A stretch of 63,800 bases of DNA, counting the filler, from Actinobacteria bacterium UBA7524 (lineage in GTDB: Bacteria > Actinomycetota > Coriobacteriia > Anaerosomatales > UBA912), in assembly GCA_002478275.1 (NCBI GenBank). It is 5 parts of 4 records of this genome, joined end to end, with 100 filler letters (N's around TTAATTAATTAA, not from the genome) between each part and the next. Parts side by side here need not be neighbours in the genome. Positions count along the whole stretch, not along the records: positions 2,609 to 12,546 come from DLMY01000049.1; positions 12,647 to 15,806 come from DLMY01000009.1; positions 15,907 to 42,955 come from DLMY01000009.1; 2 more parts are not named here. One strand, written 5' to 3'. Positions 9,309 through 18,785 of the stretch are shown here, piece after piece. Each line of letters starts with the position of its first letter. The first letter of the stretch is position 1. The position numbers and the translations under genes were made by a program. The notes under the pieces are model-generated. The model worked only from the letters and a program-made list of their open reading frames with translations, did not search any database and was not told where the DNA came from.

Positions 9309-11807
9309 ATGCCGTTCATGCTCAAGCAATTCCCTCGCCCGGGATACGCAATCGTCGCGCGGGCCCTTGCGCCGTATCTCCAGCATGACAACGCCCACGT
9401 GTGGCGCGAATCAGGTCATCGATGGTCACGGTGCTCACAGTTGGATGCGTCAGTCTGGTCTGCTGTAAGCCCCCAGGTCGCAACCCGACTAGCGAGCGTT
9501 GCCACGCAGCGGGCCCAGAGCCTGGTGTATCTACCGCCACCCGATCTTGCCGAGATGACCGTCGGAGACCTTGCCGCTGACGGTTGCGATGTGCTGGTTG
9601 TATCGAAGGGAACCTACGGTGCTCTCCAGCGCGCGGGTGTCATCGTGTCCGGGGATGCCTTCTACTCGCTCACACTGTCGAGGTTGTTCCGGGTGCCTGG
9701 ATTCGGAGGCAAGGCACTGCTCGATCTGGCCGCTTCCCTCGAGACACCCCGGCCCGTGCTGTTTGCTGCCCCCGAGAACCCCCGACCCGTGCCGTCCGCC
9801 GCCCGGCGAGTCCCGCGGGTGACTCGCTCGAATCCGTACGTCGAAACCTTCGGGACTCTCCAGATAGCTCAGGACAGCTTCCCTCGTCCCGGACAGGCCA
9901 TCGTGCCGAGAGTCCTGCAATCGGTCTTCACGCCCGGATTCCGCATCGACCCTGAGTCGCCCACTTGGGATTCGGCGACCCGGGTTGAGCAGTCCCGGAC
10001 GGCGGAATCAGCCGCTCGACGTCTTCTGGCCGAGATGAATCCACCTCGGCCGCCGCTCGCCGATGTCCGTCTGAGCCAAGTCGGTCGGCTCGAGGGACGC
10101 CGACTCACCCTGACCAGGCGCACTGTGAATGCGCTTGGTCGCGCCGGTCTCCTCACGGAGGAGGAGGGATTGGCCGACGCAACGCTGGGCCAGGTCTGGG
10201 GAGTGAAGGGCCTTGGCCCGCGCTCCATCCTTGACTTACTCACGAGCCTGGAGCTTGAGTCCGCGGACCAGCCAGTCGATGATGCCATGCTGTACCAAGC
10301 GTCACCCTGCCGCGACCCCCTCACGAGACGAGCAGCGCGCATTGACGCTGCTCTCGAAGCGTCGGGACAGTCATGCTTCGACCCCAAGGTGACGCGTGGG
10401 CCATCCGGCGAGTTCGTGGCATTCGTCAGAGCGGCGGCTTCCTCGGCGAGGAACGCCGAGATTGCCCTCTCCAGATTCGGATGGCAGGAGGAGTCTACTC
10501 AAACCCTGGAACAGCTGGCACAACGCTTCGGGTTGACGCGCGAGCGGGTTCGGCAAATCGTGACCAAGGTTCAACAAACTGCAGCCGCTCTGGCAGAAAG
10601 AGTGGGCACCCCGCACCTCGACGCGGTTCTCGCTCGGATTGAAGTGGCTGGCGGCGTCAACTCCGCGGAGCTAGATGCCAGGCTGCGCGAGGAGGGTCTG
10701 CTAGAAGCGCCGTGCTGTGCGAGAGACATCGCGCTCATTGCTCGCTGGCTTGGTAAGCCGACAGAAGCCTCCGAGCGCCTCATAGAATCGTCCTCGGCCC
10801 GGGACAACGAGAGGGCGAGTCACGACACGAGGCTCGATCAGGCCATTCGCCGCGTTGCTCGGCGATACGGGGCGGTCCGACTTGACTACTTGTGGACGTT
10901 GCTCGAACAGCAGGATGTTGGGGGACATGTCGAGGCTCTACGAGAGGAGCTGCGCCAACGGTATGGGGCGGAGCCTCTGGATGGAGAAGGTAGCTGGTGC
11001 TGGACGGCCCATTGCGAGGTCGCTACGACCACGCTGGGCAACAGTATGCGCAAGGCCCTGTCGGTGGCTGCCGACCTTTCGCTGGTGGAGCTGCATAAGG
11101 CCGCATCGAAGAACCCGCGCTTGAATGACCGACTGCCTCCGTTCGAGGTCTTCGTTGAGATGTGCAAGCGCACATCCTGGCTCGTAGTCCAGGGACATCA
11201 GGTATGCGCCAAGACACCAATCAGTCCTGAGGTCGTGATGGAGGGAGATGAGCTTGCGATAGTGCGTTTGCTGTTGACGTACGGCCCTGTTCTCCCAGTC
11301 CATGACCTCTGGACACTCGCCTCTTCCGATGGCATGGGCAAGGTCAGCTTCTGGATGTGGCTGCGGAACTCTCCGGCCATCTCGCGCGTCGGCCCCTCCT
11401 TGTACGCGCTGGTTGGGGCGGAGATCCTGGCGACGGACCTTGTTCGTCTCGACGAGCAGACGCGGCCGAAAAGTGCGACCGTCATGAGGGAGTGGGGGCG
11501 GACCCCCGCCTCATCCTGGGCAAGCTACAGGTTGAGCGGGCCGGCGATCCGCACTGGGCGGCTGAGAATCCCGACTCCCATTAGGGGCAATCTTTGCGAG
11601 CGATACGATGTCCAGGTCGATGAAGGCCACGCTGAAGCACTCTTCGTTGGTGAAGGCACCGAGTTCCGCGGACTCACTCACCACTTCCGCCGGCTGGGCG
11701 CACGACCCGGCGACTGGCTTCTGATTGTCATCGGAGGCAGGGCGGCCCGACTGATTCTAGGAGATGAAGCCGCGATTCGGGCGGAGTGTGGACGGCTGTC
11801 CTGCTAG
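9309..11807 (+). CDS. Protein with two RNAP alphaCTD-like HhH modules and a sigma70 region 4 HTH
   Basis: LFRVPGFGGKALLDL and VWGVKGLGPRSILDL; RFG...TLEQLAQRFGLTRERVRQI. Confidence 0.7.
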   Translation: MPFMLKQFPRPGYAIVARALAPYLQHDNAHVWRESGHRWSRCSQLDASVWSAVSPQVATRLASVATQRAQSLVYLPPPDLAEMTVGDLAADGCDVLVVSKGTYGALQRAGVIVSGDAFYSLTLSRLFRVPGFGGKALLDLAASLETPRPVLFAAPENPRPVPSAARRVPRVTRSNPYVETFGTLQIAQDSFPRPGQAIVPRVLQSVFTPGFRIDPESPTWDSATRVEQSRTAESAARRLLAEMNPPRPPLADVRLSQVGRLEGRRLTLTRRTVNALGRAGLLTEEEGLADATLGQVWGVKGLGPRSILDLLTSLELESADQPVDDAMLYQASPCRDPLTRRAARIDAALEASGQSCFDPKVTRGPSGEFVAFVRAAASSARNAEIALSRFGWQEESTQTLEQLAQRFGLTRERVRQIVTKVQQTAAALAERVGTPHLDAVLARIEVAGGVNSAELDARLREEGLLEAPCCARDIALIARWLGKPTEASERLIESSSARDNERASHDTRLDQAIRRVARRYGAVRLDYLWTLLEQQDVGGHVEALREELRQRYGAEPLDGEGSWCWTAHCEVATTTLGNSMRKALSVAADLSLVELHKAASKNPRLNDRLPPFEVFVEMCKRTSWLVVQGHQVCAKTPISPEVVMEGDELAIVRLLLTYGPVLPVHDLWTLASSDGMGKVSFWMWLRNSPAISRVGPSLYALVGAEILATDLVRLDEQTRPKSATVMREWGRTPASSWASYRLSGPAIRTGRLRIPTPIRGNLCERYDVQVDEGHAEALFVGEGTEFRGLTHHFRRLGARPGDWLLIVIGGRAARLILGDEAAIRAECGRLSC

Positions 11808-11844
11808 GGTCGGTCCGCCATCCAGCGTATCCAGCTTCCAGAAG

Positions 11845-11979
11845 TTACTGGCTGGGGGTGTCAGACGGCAAGGTGCCGCCGAGTGCCCGCTCAATTGCCG
11901 CCGCCGTCTCCTGCAAGTTGGGCAGGACGTGACCGTACGTATCGAGCGTGATTCCCACGTTCGAGTGCCCGAGTCGCTC
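11845..11979 (-). pseudogene. Tyrosine integrase C-terminal remnant
   Basis: Manual translation ERLGHSNVGITLDTYGHVLPNLQETAAAIERAL contains the LGH...TY catalytic box. The rest of the gene is absent. Confidence 0.8.
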
Positions 11980-12019
11980 ACAAGGTCCCGTGGGGTCCGT
12001 CGGTTGCACGCTCGCCTGC

Positions 12020-12474
12020 CTAGGGCGTCGGAGCCATCGCTGACGCCTTCCACTCCGGTCTCCGAATCGACGCGATTGTGGAGCTGCGTGTAGACAGCTC
12101 CGAGATCTTCACGACGTCACCGGTGCGCGGTGCATGAACATACTTGCCGCCGCCGATGTACATGCCGACGTGGTGGACGTGTCCCGCTTCCCAGAAGATC
12201 ATGTCGCCGGGCTGGATCTGCGACAAGCTGACGCCCGTGCCGAGGGTGTTCCACATGGAGGAGGTCGTGCCGCGAGCGGTGAAGCTCGTGTAGCGCCACA
12301 TGATCCAGTCCGCGAGACCGGAACAGTCGAACGTGTCCGGGCCGGTTGCTCCCCACACGTACGGACAGCCGAGGACGGACAGGGCAAGCCGCACCGGCGG
12401 AAAGTTGACGGCGACGCCTGACTTGTCGAGCTCGCCCAGTACCTCAGGGGTGAGTGCCGTCGCACCGGGGCCAC
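12020..12474 (-). pseudogene. NlpC/P60 (C40) peptidase C-terminal part, interrupted by an IS end
   Basis: PYVWGATGPDTFDCSGL...PGDMIFW...HVGMYIG. The frame stays open up to the IS end at 12475. Confidence 0.75.
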
Positions 12475-12546
12475 TGTAGCCGACGATGTGAAACTGACCC
12501 TCTACTGACGATTTGAAATTGACCCCCCCTGCACGGCAGGGACACG
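12475..12546. mobile_element. IS21-family terminus
   Basis: Starts TGT; tandem internal repeats GACGATGTGAAACTGACCC (12482-12500) and GACGATTTGAAATTGACCC (12507-12525); the contig ends here. Confidence 0.75.
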
Positions 12547-12646
12547 NNNNNNNNNNNNNNNNNNNNNNNNNNNNNNNNNNNNNNNNNNNNTTAATTAATT
12601 AANNNNNNNNNNNNNNNNNNNNNNNNNNNNNNNNNNNNNNNNNNNN

Positions 12647-13528
12647 GCTCTCCGTCGTCCCGAAGCCGTCGGCATCGAGCATCTTGACCGCGATGATCGA
12701 GACATCCCAGTTGACACCCGTCACCCCGAGGCCGTTGTCCCCCACCCCCCCGATCGTGCCCGCACAGTGTGTCCCGTGTCCCTGGTCGTCCATGGGGTTC
12801 CCGTTGCCGGCTACCGCATTCCAGCCGTGGACATCATCGATGTATCCATTGCCATCGTCATCGATCCCGTTACCGGGGATCTCCCCCGGGTTCGTCCAGA
12901 TGTTCGCGGCCAGATCGGGATGATCCCAGTCCACTCCCGTGTCGATGACCGCGACCTTCACATCCGCTAGTCCCGTAGACAGGTCCCACGCCTCGGGAGC
13001 ATCGATGTCGGAGTCCTCCACACGGTCATCCGGGCCGTTGAGGCCGGTGTTGTGAAGGCCCCACAGCTCATCAAAGCGCGTGTCATCCGGGAGTCCGGCG
13101 ATCCGCTTGATGTAGTTCGGCTGGGCGTAGAGGACGTCCGGCATCGCTTCGTACGCCTTGATGGCCTGCTCCACGCTCACGCCCTTGTCGAGCTTGGCTA
13201 CCTGCAGACCCTTGACCGACTCGAACGTCCGCTTGCGCTTCGCGCCTACCTTGGCATGAGCCGCCGACGTCGAGGCAGCAGCGAGCCCCCGCTTGAAGCG
13301 GACGATGACCTCGCCCTCGACGTGGCTCCCACGCTCGCCGGACGCGAACGCGCCGCCCTCGGTCCAGGACACATGGCTTCGGGTCTGGATCGGTCTCTGG
13401 CGTGGCACGGATCCCGAGGTGGCACGACCCGGCTCCTCACCAGCGGCAACCGTCACGCCCGGCCACATCGTCGCAGCCAGGATGAATGTCACGATCGAAC
13501 AGAGAGCTCGTCTGGATCCGACACCCAT
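12647..13528 (-). CDS. Secreted S8 subtilisin-like serine peptidase (3' partial)
   Basis: Signal peptide, propeptide, VAVIDTG, GHGTHCAGTIG; runs into the contig end. Confidence 0.9.
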
Positions 13529-13690
13529 CGCGGCTTCTTTCCTCGGCACGCCTTCGTTGCATCAGCATGCGGTCCTGCACGTGCTTACACAGTGAGTCCG
13601 ACCAGGAGGCCAAGTCAACACGAACGTTCGAGAGAGAGCGCCCAACGGGTATGCTCTCGGCAAGACGACGCCCGGACTAGGAGGATACCG

Positions 13691-14389
13691 ATGCCGAAGA
13701 CCTCCGAACCTGTGCCCGACCTTACTGCCGAGGAACGCCGCAGACTCGCACCTGTCTACGCCGAGCGCATGGCTGAAGCCTACGGCGATCCGCGACCAGC
13801 GTTGCGCTACCGCGACGCCTACGAACTACTCGTCGCCGTCATCCTGTCTGCCCAGACGACCGACGAGGCCGTCAACAAGGCGACCCCGGCGCTGTTCGAG
13901 CGCTACCCCGACCCGGCGGCCATGGCGGGAGCGGACCAGGAAGACGTTGAAGAACTCGTGCATTCACTGGGGTTCTTCCGCCAGAAGTCGCGAAACATCA
14001 TCGCGGCGGCGCGCATGATCGTCGCCGAGTACGACGGCCACGTGCCCGACACGATGGAGGACCTGGTCCGGCTGCCCGGCGTTGCGCGTAAAACCGCGAA
14101 CATCGTACTGGGCAATGCGTTCGACAAGGTCGTCGGCATCGCGGTCGACACGCACGTCTTCAGACTCGCGCGACGATTCGGGCTGTCGACCGAGCACGAT
14201 CCAGACAAGGTCGAGCGCGACCTCTTAGAGCTGTTCGAGCCCGAGCATTGGCACAGGGTCAACTACGACATGATCACGCACGGCAGGCAGGTCTGTGATG
14301 CCAAGCGGCCCGTCTGCGGAGCATGCTTCCTGTCCGACATCTGTCCCAGCGCGTTCAAGCTCAAGGGCTGGCGCGAGAGCGCCGACTGA
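13691..14389 (+). CDS. nth: Endonuclease III
   Basis: LVAVILSAQTTD, LPGVARKTAN, VDTHV, C-x6-C-x2-C-x5-C Fe-S motif; GGAGG RBS. Confidence 0.95.
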   Translation: MPKTSEPVPDLTAEERRRLAPVYAERMAEAYGDPRPALRYRDAYELLVAVILSAQTTDEAVNKATPALFERYPDPAAMAGADQEDVEELVHSLGFFRQKSRNIIAAARMIVAEYDGHVPDTMEDLVRLPGVARKTANIVLGNAFDKVVGIAVDTHVFRLARRFGLSTEHDPDKVERDLLELFEPEHWHRVNYDMITHGRQVCDAKRPVCGACFLSDICPSAFKLKGWRESAD

Positions 14390-14421
14390 AGCGCGGGGAG
14401 ACACGATGCGCGAACGCGGCG

Positions 14422-14987
14422 TCAGCCGATCGGCGCACCACCCATCGCGATGAACGCTGCGATCCATGCGATCATGGCGACGATGACGGCCGCACCCGCG
14501 ACCGCCCATGNNNNNNNNNNNNNNNNNNNNNNNNNNNNNNNNNNNNNNNNNNNNNNNNNNNNNNNNNNNNNNNNNNNNNNNNNNNNNNNNNNNNNNNNNN
14601 NNNNNNNNNNNNNNNNNNNNNNNNNNNNNNNNNNNNNNNNNNNNNNNNNNNNNNNNNNNNNNNNNNNNNNNNNNNNNNNNNNNNNNNNNNNNNGGTCGCG
14701 CCGCCCATCGCCGCACCGATCACGATCGTCCAGGGACCGAGCACGGCAGGACCCCTGAGCATGTTGTCCACGAACACCCACGCCGGCAGGAAGAAGACGC
14801 CCCACCACTGCCCGTGTGCCACGCCCCAGATCGGCGGTAGCAGGAACGCGCCCCAGTTGAAGCGCGGGCACTCGATCCGCACGAGGTCGCCTGATTCGCA
14901 CGAGGCTGTGGAGTCCGGGGTCATGGTGGGTTCCTCGGCAGTGGCCTGCGCCTCGATGTCATGCCTCACTTCGCGGTCCTCGCTCAT
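14422..14987 (-). CDS. Hypothetical membrane protein (spans a gap)
   Basis: RFNWGAFLLPPIWGVAHGQW and hydrophobic segments on both sides of the N-run; ATGA overlap with the upstream gene. Confidence 0.65.
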
Positions 14988-15739
14988 CCCAGCACCCCCG
15001 CAAGCACGGCGGCCACGACGATGGCAGGCAGCATGTTGCCGACGGGCAGACGTTTGATGCCGACCAGGTCCAGGCCGATCGCCAGTATCAGCGCCCCGCC
15101 CGAAGCGCGGATCGCGTCGATGACGGCAGGGGTGAACAGGGGCTCGAAGGCGACCGCACCCGCGGCGATCGATCCCTGGATCACAGCCACCGGGATGACC
15201 GAAAGTCCGACTCCCGCGCCGAGCGTGGTGGCCAGCGCTATCGATGCGATGCCGTCGAGAAGCGACTTGAGGTACAGGAGCGTCGGGTCGCCCAGTCCGT
15301 CCTGCAGCGAGCCCAGCACCGTCATCGCGCCGACGCAGAAGAGCAGCGAGGCGGTCACGAAGCCTTCGACCAGCGTGTGCCCCTTCTCCCCCGGTTCGGT
15401 CGCGCGGCCCGGCGCCAGTATCGGAGAGCGGACGGCCAGCGATTGCAGCTTCTTGCCGAAGCGCTCAAGCCAGTACTCGATGCGCATAGCCTCGCCGAGG
15501 AGAGAACCGACGGCAAGCGACCCGACGAGCACAAGAGCCGCGTAATCACCGAGGTGACTCTCGCCAAGACCGGCAACCCCGCCGATGCTCATGCCCGCCC
15601 CGATCACGAAGGTGGCGAGCCCGATCCCGGAAAACGCGATCTGGCGAAACCGCTCTGAGATGAGCCGCCCGAAGACCAACCCCACGCCGGTACCGGCCAG
15701 GATGGCGACCACGTTGACTATCACTCCCGCTCCGCGCAT
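14984..15739 (-). CDS. DUF554 family membrane protein
   Basis: GVIVNVVAILAG, EGFVTASLLFCVGAM, LYLKSLLDG, GNMLPA. Confidence 0.9.
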   Translation of the reverse strand: MRGAGVIVNVVAILAGTGVGLVFGRLISERFRQIAFSGIGLATFVIGAGMSIGGVAGLGESHLGDYAALVLVGSLAVGSLLGEAMRIEYWLERFGKKLQSLAVRSPILAPGRATEPGEKGHTLVEGFVTASLLFCVGAMTVLGSLQDGLGDPTLLYLKSLLDGIASIALATTLGAGVGLSVIPVAVIQGSIAAGAVAFEPLFTPAVIDAIRASGGALILAIGLDLVGIKRLPVGNMLPAIVVAAVLAGVLG

Positions 15740-15906
15740 CTCACTCCTCGTCTTGTAACCAGATGTCCGCCAGTTCACGCGTGATGCTGTTACCGCCGGG
15801 CGGGACNNNNNNNNNNNNNNNNNNNNNNNNNNNNNNNNNNNNNNNNNNNNTTAATTAATTAANNNNNNNNNNNNNNNNNNNNNNNNNNNNNNNNNNNNNN
15901 NNNNNN

Positions 15907-16497
15907 CTCATCTCCACCCCCAACCGCTCGGCCCTCGACCCCCGCACCGAGCGTTCGTCCCAGTCCACTCCTCCGCACCGCGATCGACAACGGTAGGCCC
16001 ATACCATACACCACGACCGCCTGCCCGATACAGACGGTGACAAACCCGAACGCGTACATGGCCGGCCAGCTGCCTTCAAGATCGAGCCCGAGCACAGGGA
16101 TCTTATAGAGCCCCAGTCCGGCCAAGATGAAGGGCAGGTATGCCGGGACGATAACCGCATTGCTCAGCACCGGACCCGCGAGAGCGAGCACCGGACGCTC
16201 GCGCATCCGCCACGTCCAGGCGACACCGATCAGTGTAGCCACCGAACCGAACACCATGTCGAGTAGACCGATCGGCCCGACCTGGGTCAGCATGAATCCG
16301 TTCGCCACCGCGGTGCCGATCGTCAGCCCAGGGAGGGCCGCCGGGGTGACGAGCGCGAGCACCGTGAGGCTCTCGCTGACACGGAGTTGTATCGGCCCCC
16401 AGCCCAGGTATCCCAAAAACTGCACCGCGACAAGCGTGAATACCGCATAGAGCGCGGCGATCACTCCCGCTTGCGCGATGTAGGTCGAGCGTCGCAC
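15907..16497 (-). CDS. queT: QueT family (queuosine precursor) transporter, 3' end at the contig edge
   Basis: AGVIAALY...GPIQLRVSESL...GLTIGTAVAN...DMVFGS. Confidence 0.85.
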
Positions 16498-16588
16498 GTG
16501 TCTTGTCCCCCTCGGTCAGGCTGGTTCAGGGATTCTAGCAGGGCGACAGCCTCTGCGTCATCATCACGACAGCCACCCGGATCGGAGG

Positions 16589-18715
16589 TCACGCGGGCAG
16601 CTGCGGTTCGTCGCCCCGGGGCGTCATGAGCCCTGTTGCACCTGCCAGTGCCCTGCGGTCCATCGCTTCCAGGAAACTGTCCACGACGCCGGGGTCGAAC
16701 TGAGTGCCCGCTCCCGACCGCAGTTCCGCCTTGGCCTGCGTGAAGGACAACCGCTTCTGATAGGGACTCTCCGACGTCATCGCGTCGAAAGCGTCGGCCA
16801 CCGCCAGGATGCGCGCAAGCAGCGGGATGTCCTCTCCTGCAAGTTGCATCGGATAGCCGGTCCCGTCCCAGTTCTCGTGATGGTGCATGATCACGGGGGC
16901 GATGGCGTTGAGGAAGTCTATCTGCTCGACGATGTTCGCTCCGATCTGAGCGTGGAGTTTCACGCGCTCTCTTTCTTCGGGGGTCAATTTCGACGGCTTG
17001 AGCAGGATCTCCTCGGCGACGCCGGTCTTGCCGATGTCGTGGAGCAGGCCCGCGAACCTCAGGAGTTCGACTTCTTCGAACGGCAGGCCCATCTGCTCGC
17101 CGGTCGCCATCGCGTAGTCCATCACGCGGTCCGCGTGACCCGGTGAGGCGTGTTCTGTCGCGTCGAGGGTCGCCGAGAGCGCCGCGATGGTCTTCATCAG
17201 GTCATCTCTCGTGCGGACGAACACGGCCGCGCGCTCAAGCGCAAGCGCGGTGTGCTGGCCCAGGCCCTCGAGCAACCGGCGGTCGTCGCTGTCGAACAGG
17301 CCTTCACCGCACCCGGCGATGAACGCATATCCGACCACGTTGCCCTGTACCATCAATTCGGACGCCATGACATTCCACTCAGGACACGCATCGGTCTGCG
17401 CAAGGTCGCCACGGTGCGTCACGAAGCGTACGGACTCGAAGGGGTCCGTGGCAACATCACGGCCGGCGGCCTCGGCGAGTATCGCTTCCACGTCCGACTG
17501 GGACACGTCGGCACAGAGCACCACGGTCGCATGGTCCCTGCCCCAACCCGTAAGCACGAGGCCGCCCACATCGATGTCGAAGGCCTTCTCCAACAGACTC
17601 GACGCCAGCTGGAGTACTTCTTCGATGTCCGCGGAGATCCCAAGCGTGTTCGCGATCCCTCCGAGCTGGATCAGCTCGTACATCCTCCGCTCGGTCGCCT
17701 CATGCTTTCGGGCATTGGATATGACGGCTGCGGCGAATTGCGCGTACTGCTCGATGAGAAGCAGATCGGCTCCGGACAGCCTGCGCCCAGGGTCTGAGAT
17801 ATTGAGATTGATCACGCCGAGAGTCTCTCCGCCGTGAACCAGGGGTACGCTCAACGAGGTCGCGATGTCTCGACCCGGCGCCAGTGAATGCTCGAGCATC
17901 GGATCGGCCGAGCCACTCACGAGCACGCCTCTGCCGGTCAAGGCCACCCGTCCGGCGATGCCCTCGCCGAGACGTACCATACGTCCCCGCGCCTTGCTGA
18001 CAGCCGGCCCTCGAGGTGCGACCACCTCAAGCAGGTCGGTGCCCGGTCTGGACAACATGAGCGAACCACTGTCGGCGCAGACGATGGACATGCCGCGCTC
18101 AAGCACCGCTTCCAGAAGATCCGGACCCATGCCGCGCCGCTCTATGAAAGCCCGGCTTGCGCCGACGAACACTTCGAGTTCACGAGTTCGAGTCTGCCAT
18201 GTCCGGTCATCGCATTCACGCCTGAGTGTCTCCTCGGCGCTGATGCGGGCAAGGTCCACGAGCGCCTCGATCTCGCGTCGCGGCAGGACTGGGATGCTTC
18301 GCACGATGCGCCTGGCTTCAGACTCGACCACTCCTTTGGCCAGGAGACGCTCGAAGAGCCGCTTGCGTTCCCTGGTCGAGGAGACGAATCCTCCGACGAC
18401 GAGCGTTGCCACTTGATGGTCCTGATGAGTGATGGGGGCCACGTAGCAGCTCAGCCCGGCGCGACAGCCGATCTGGATCGAACCCGCCGCAAGATCGGGG
18501 AGCGGGTCGTCGAAGCAGGCTGCTGGAGCGGTCGCGGATTCGGAGACTGCGAGCTGACAGTAGCTGCAGTGCCCCGCAGTTTCGATCACGGAGCACGTCC
18601 CGAGTCCCATGACAGAGACAGCAAGACCCGTGGCATCGAACAACGCATCCATGCCTTCACGCCAGGCCTTGCCTTTGAAAGCCGCTGCCAGGGTCTGCTG
18701 GTCGAGGTCCACCAT
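16589..18715 (-). CDS. PocR-GAF-GAF-HD-GYP cyclic dinucleotide phosphodiesterase
   Basis: PocR-like N-terminus (CRAGL...API), GEGIAGRVA GAF, LHDIGK, HHENWDGTGYP. Confidence 0.88.
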   Translation of the reverse strand: MVDLDQQTLAAAFKGKAWREGMDALFDATGLAVSVMGLGTCSVIETAGHCSYCQLAVSESATAPAACFDDPLPDLAAGSIQIGCRAGLSCYVAPITHQDHQVATLVVGGFVSSTRERKRLFERLLAKGVVESEARRIVRSIPVLPRREIEALVDLARISAEETLRRECDDRTWQTRTRELEVFVGASRAFIERRGMGPDLLEAVLERGMSIVCADSGSLMLSRPGTDLLEVVAPRGPAVSKARGRMVRLGEGIAGRVALTGRGVLVSGSADPMLEHSLAPGRDIATSLSVPLVHGGETLGVINLNISDPGRRLSGADLLLIEQYAQFAAAVISNARKHEATERRMYELIQLGGIANTLGISADIEEVLQLASSLLEKAFDIDVGGLVLTGWGRDHATVVLCADVSQSDVEAILAEAAGRDVATDPFESVRFVTHRGDLAQTDACPEWNVMASELMVQGNVVGYAFIAGCGEGLFDSDDRRLLEGLGQHTALALERAAVFVRTRDDLMKTIAALSATLDATEHASPGHADRVMDYAMATGEQMGLPFEEVELLRFAGLLHDIGKTGVAEEILLKPSKLTPEERERVKLHAQIGANIVEQIDFLNAIAPVIMHHHENWDGTGYPMQLAGEDIPLLARILAVADAFDAMTSESPYQKRLSFTQAKAELRSGAGTQFDPGVVDSFLEAMDRRALAGATGLMTPRGDEPQLPA

Positions 18716-18785
18716 ACCTCCCGTACAGGCAAAACATCTGTACGGACTATCGGCAGCGAGCGCCGTGCGCTTGAATCACCTGCGC

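Noticed and set aside
16498..16588. preQ1 riboswitch upstream of queT
   Set aside because: No recognisable preQ1 hairpin with an A-rich tail; only an extended -10-like TGCTAGAAT.
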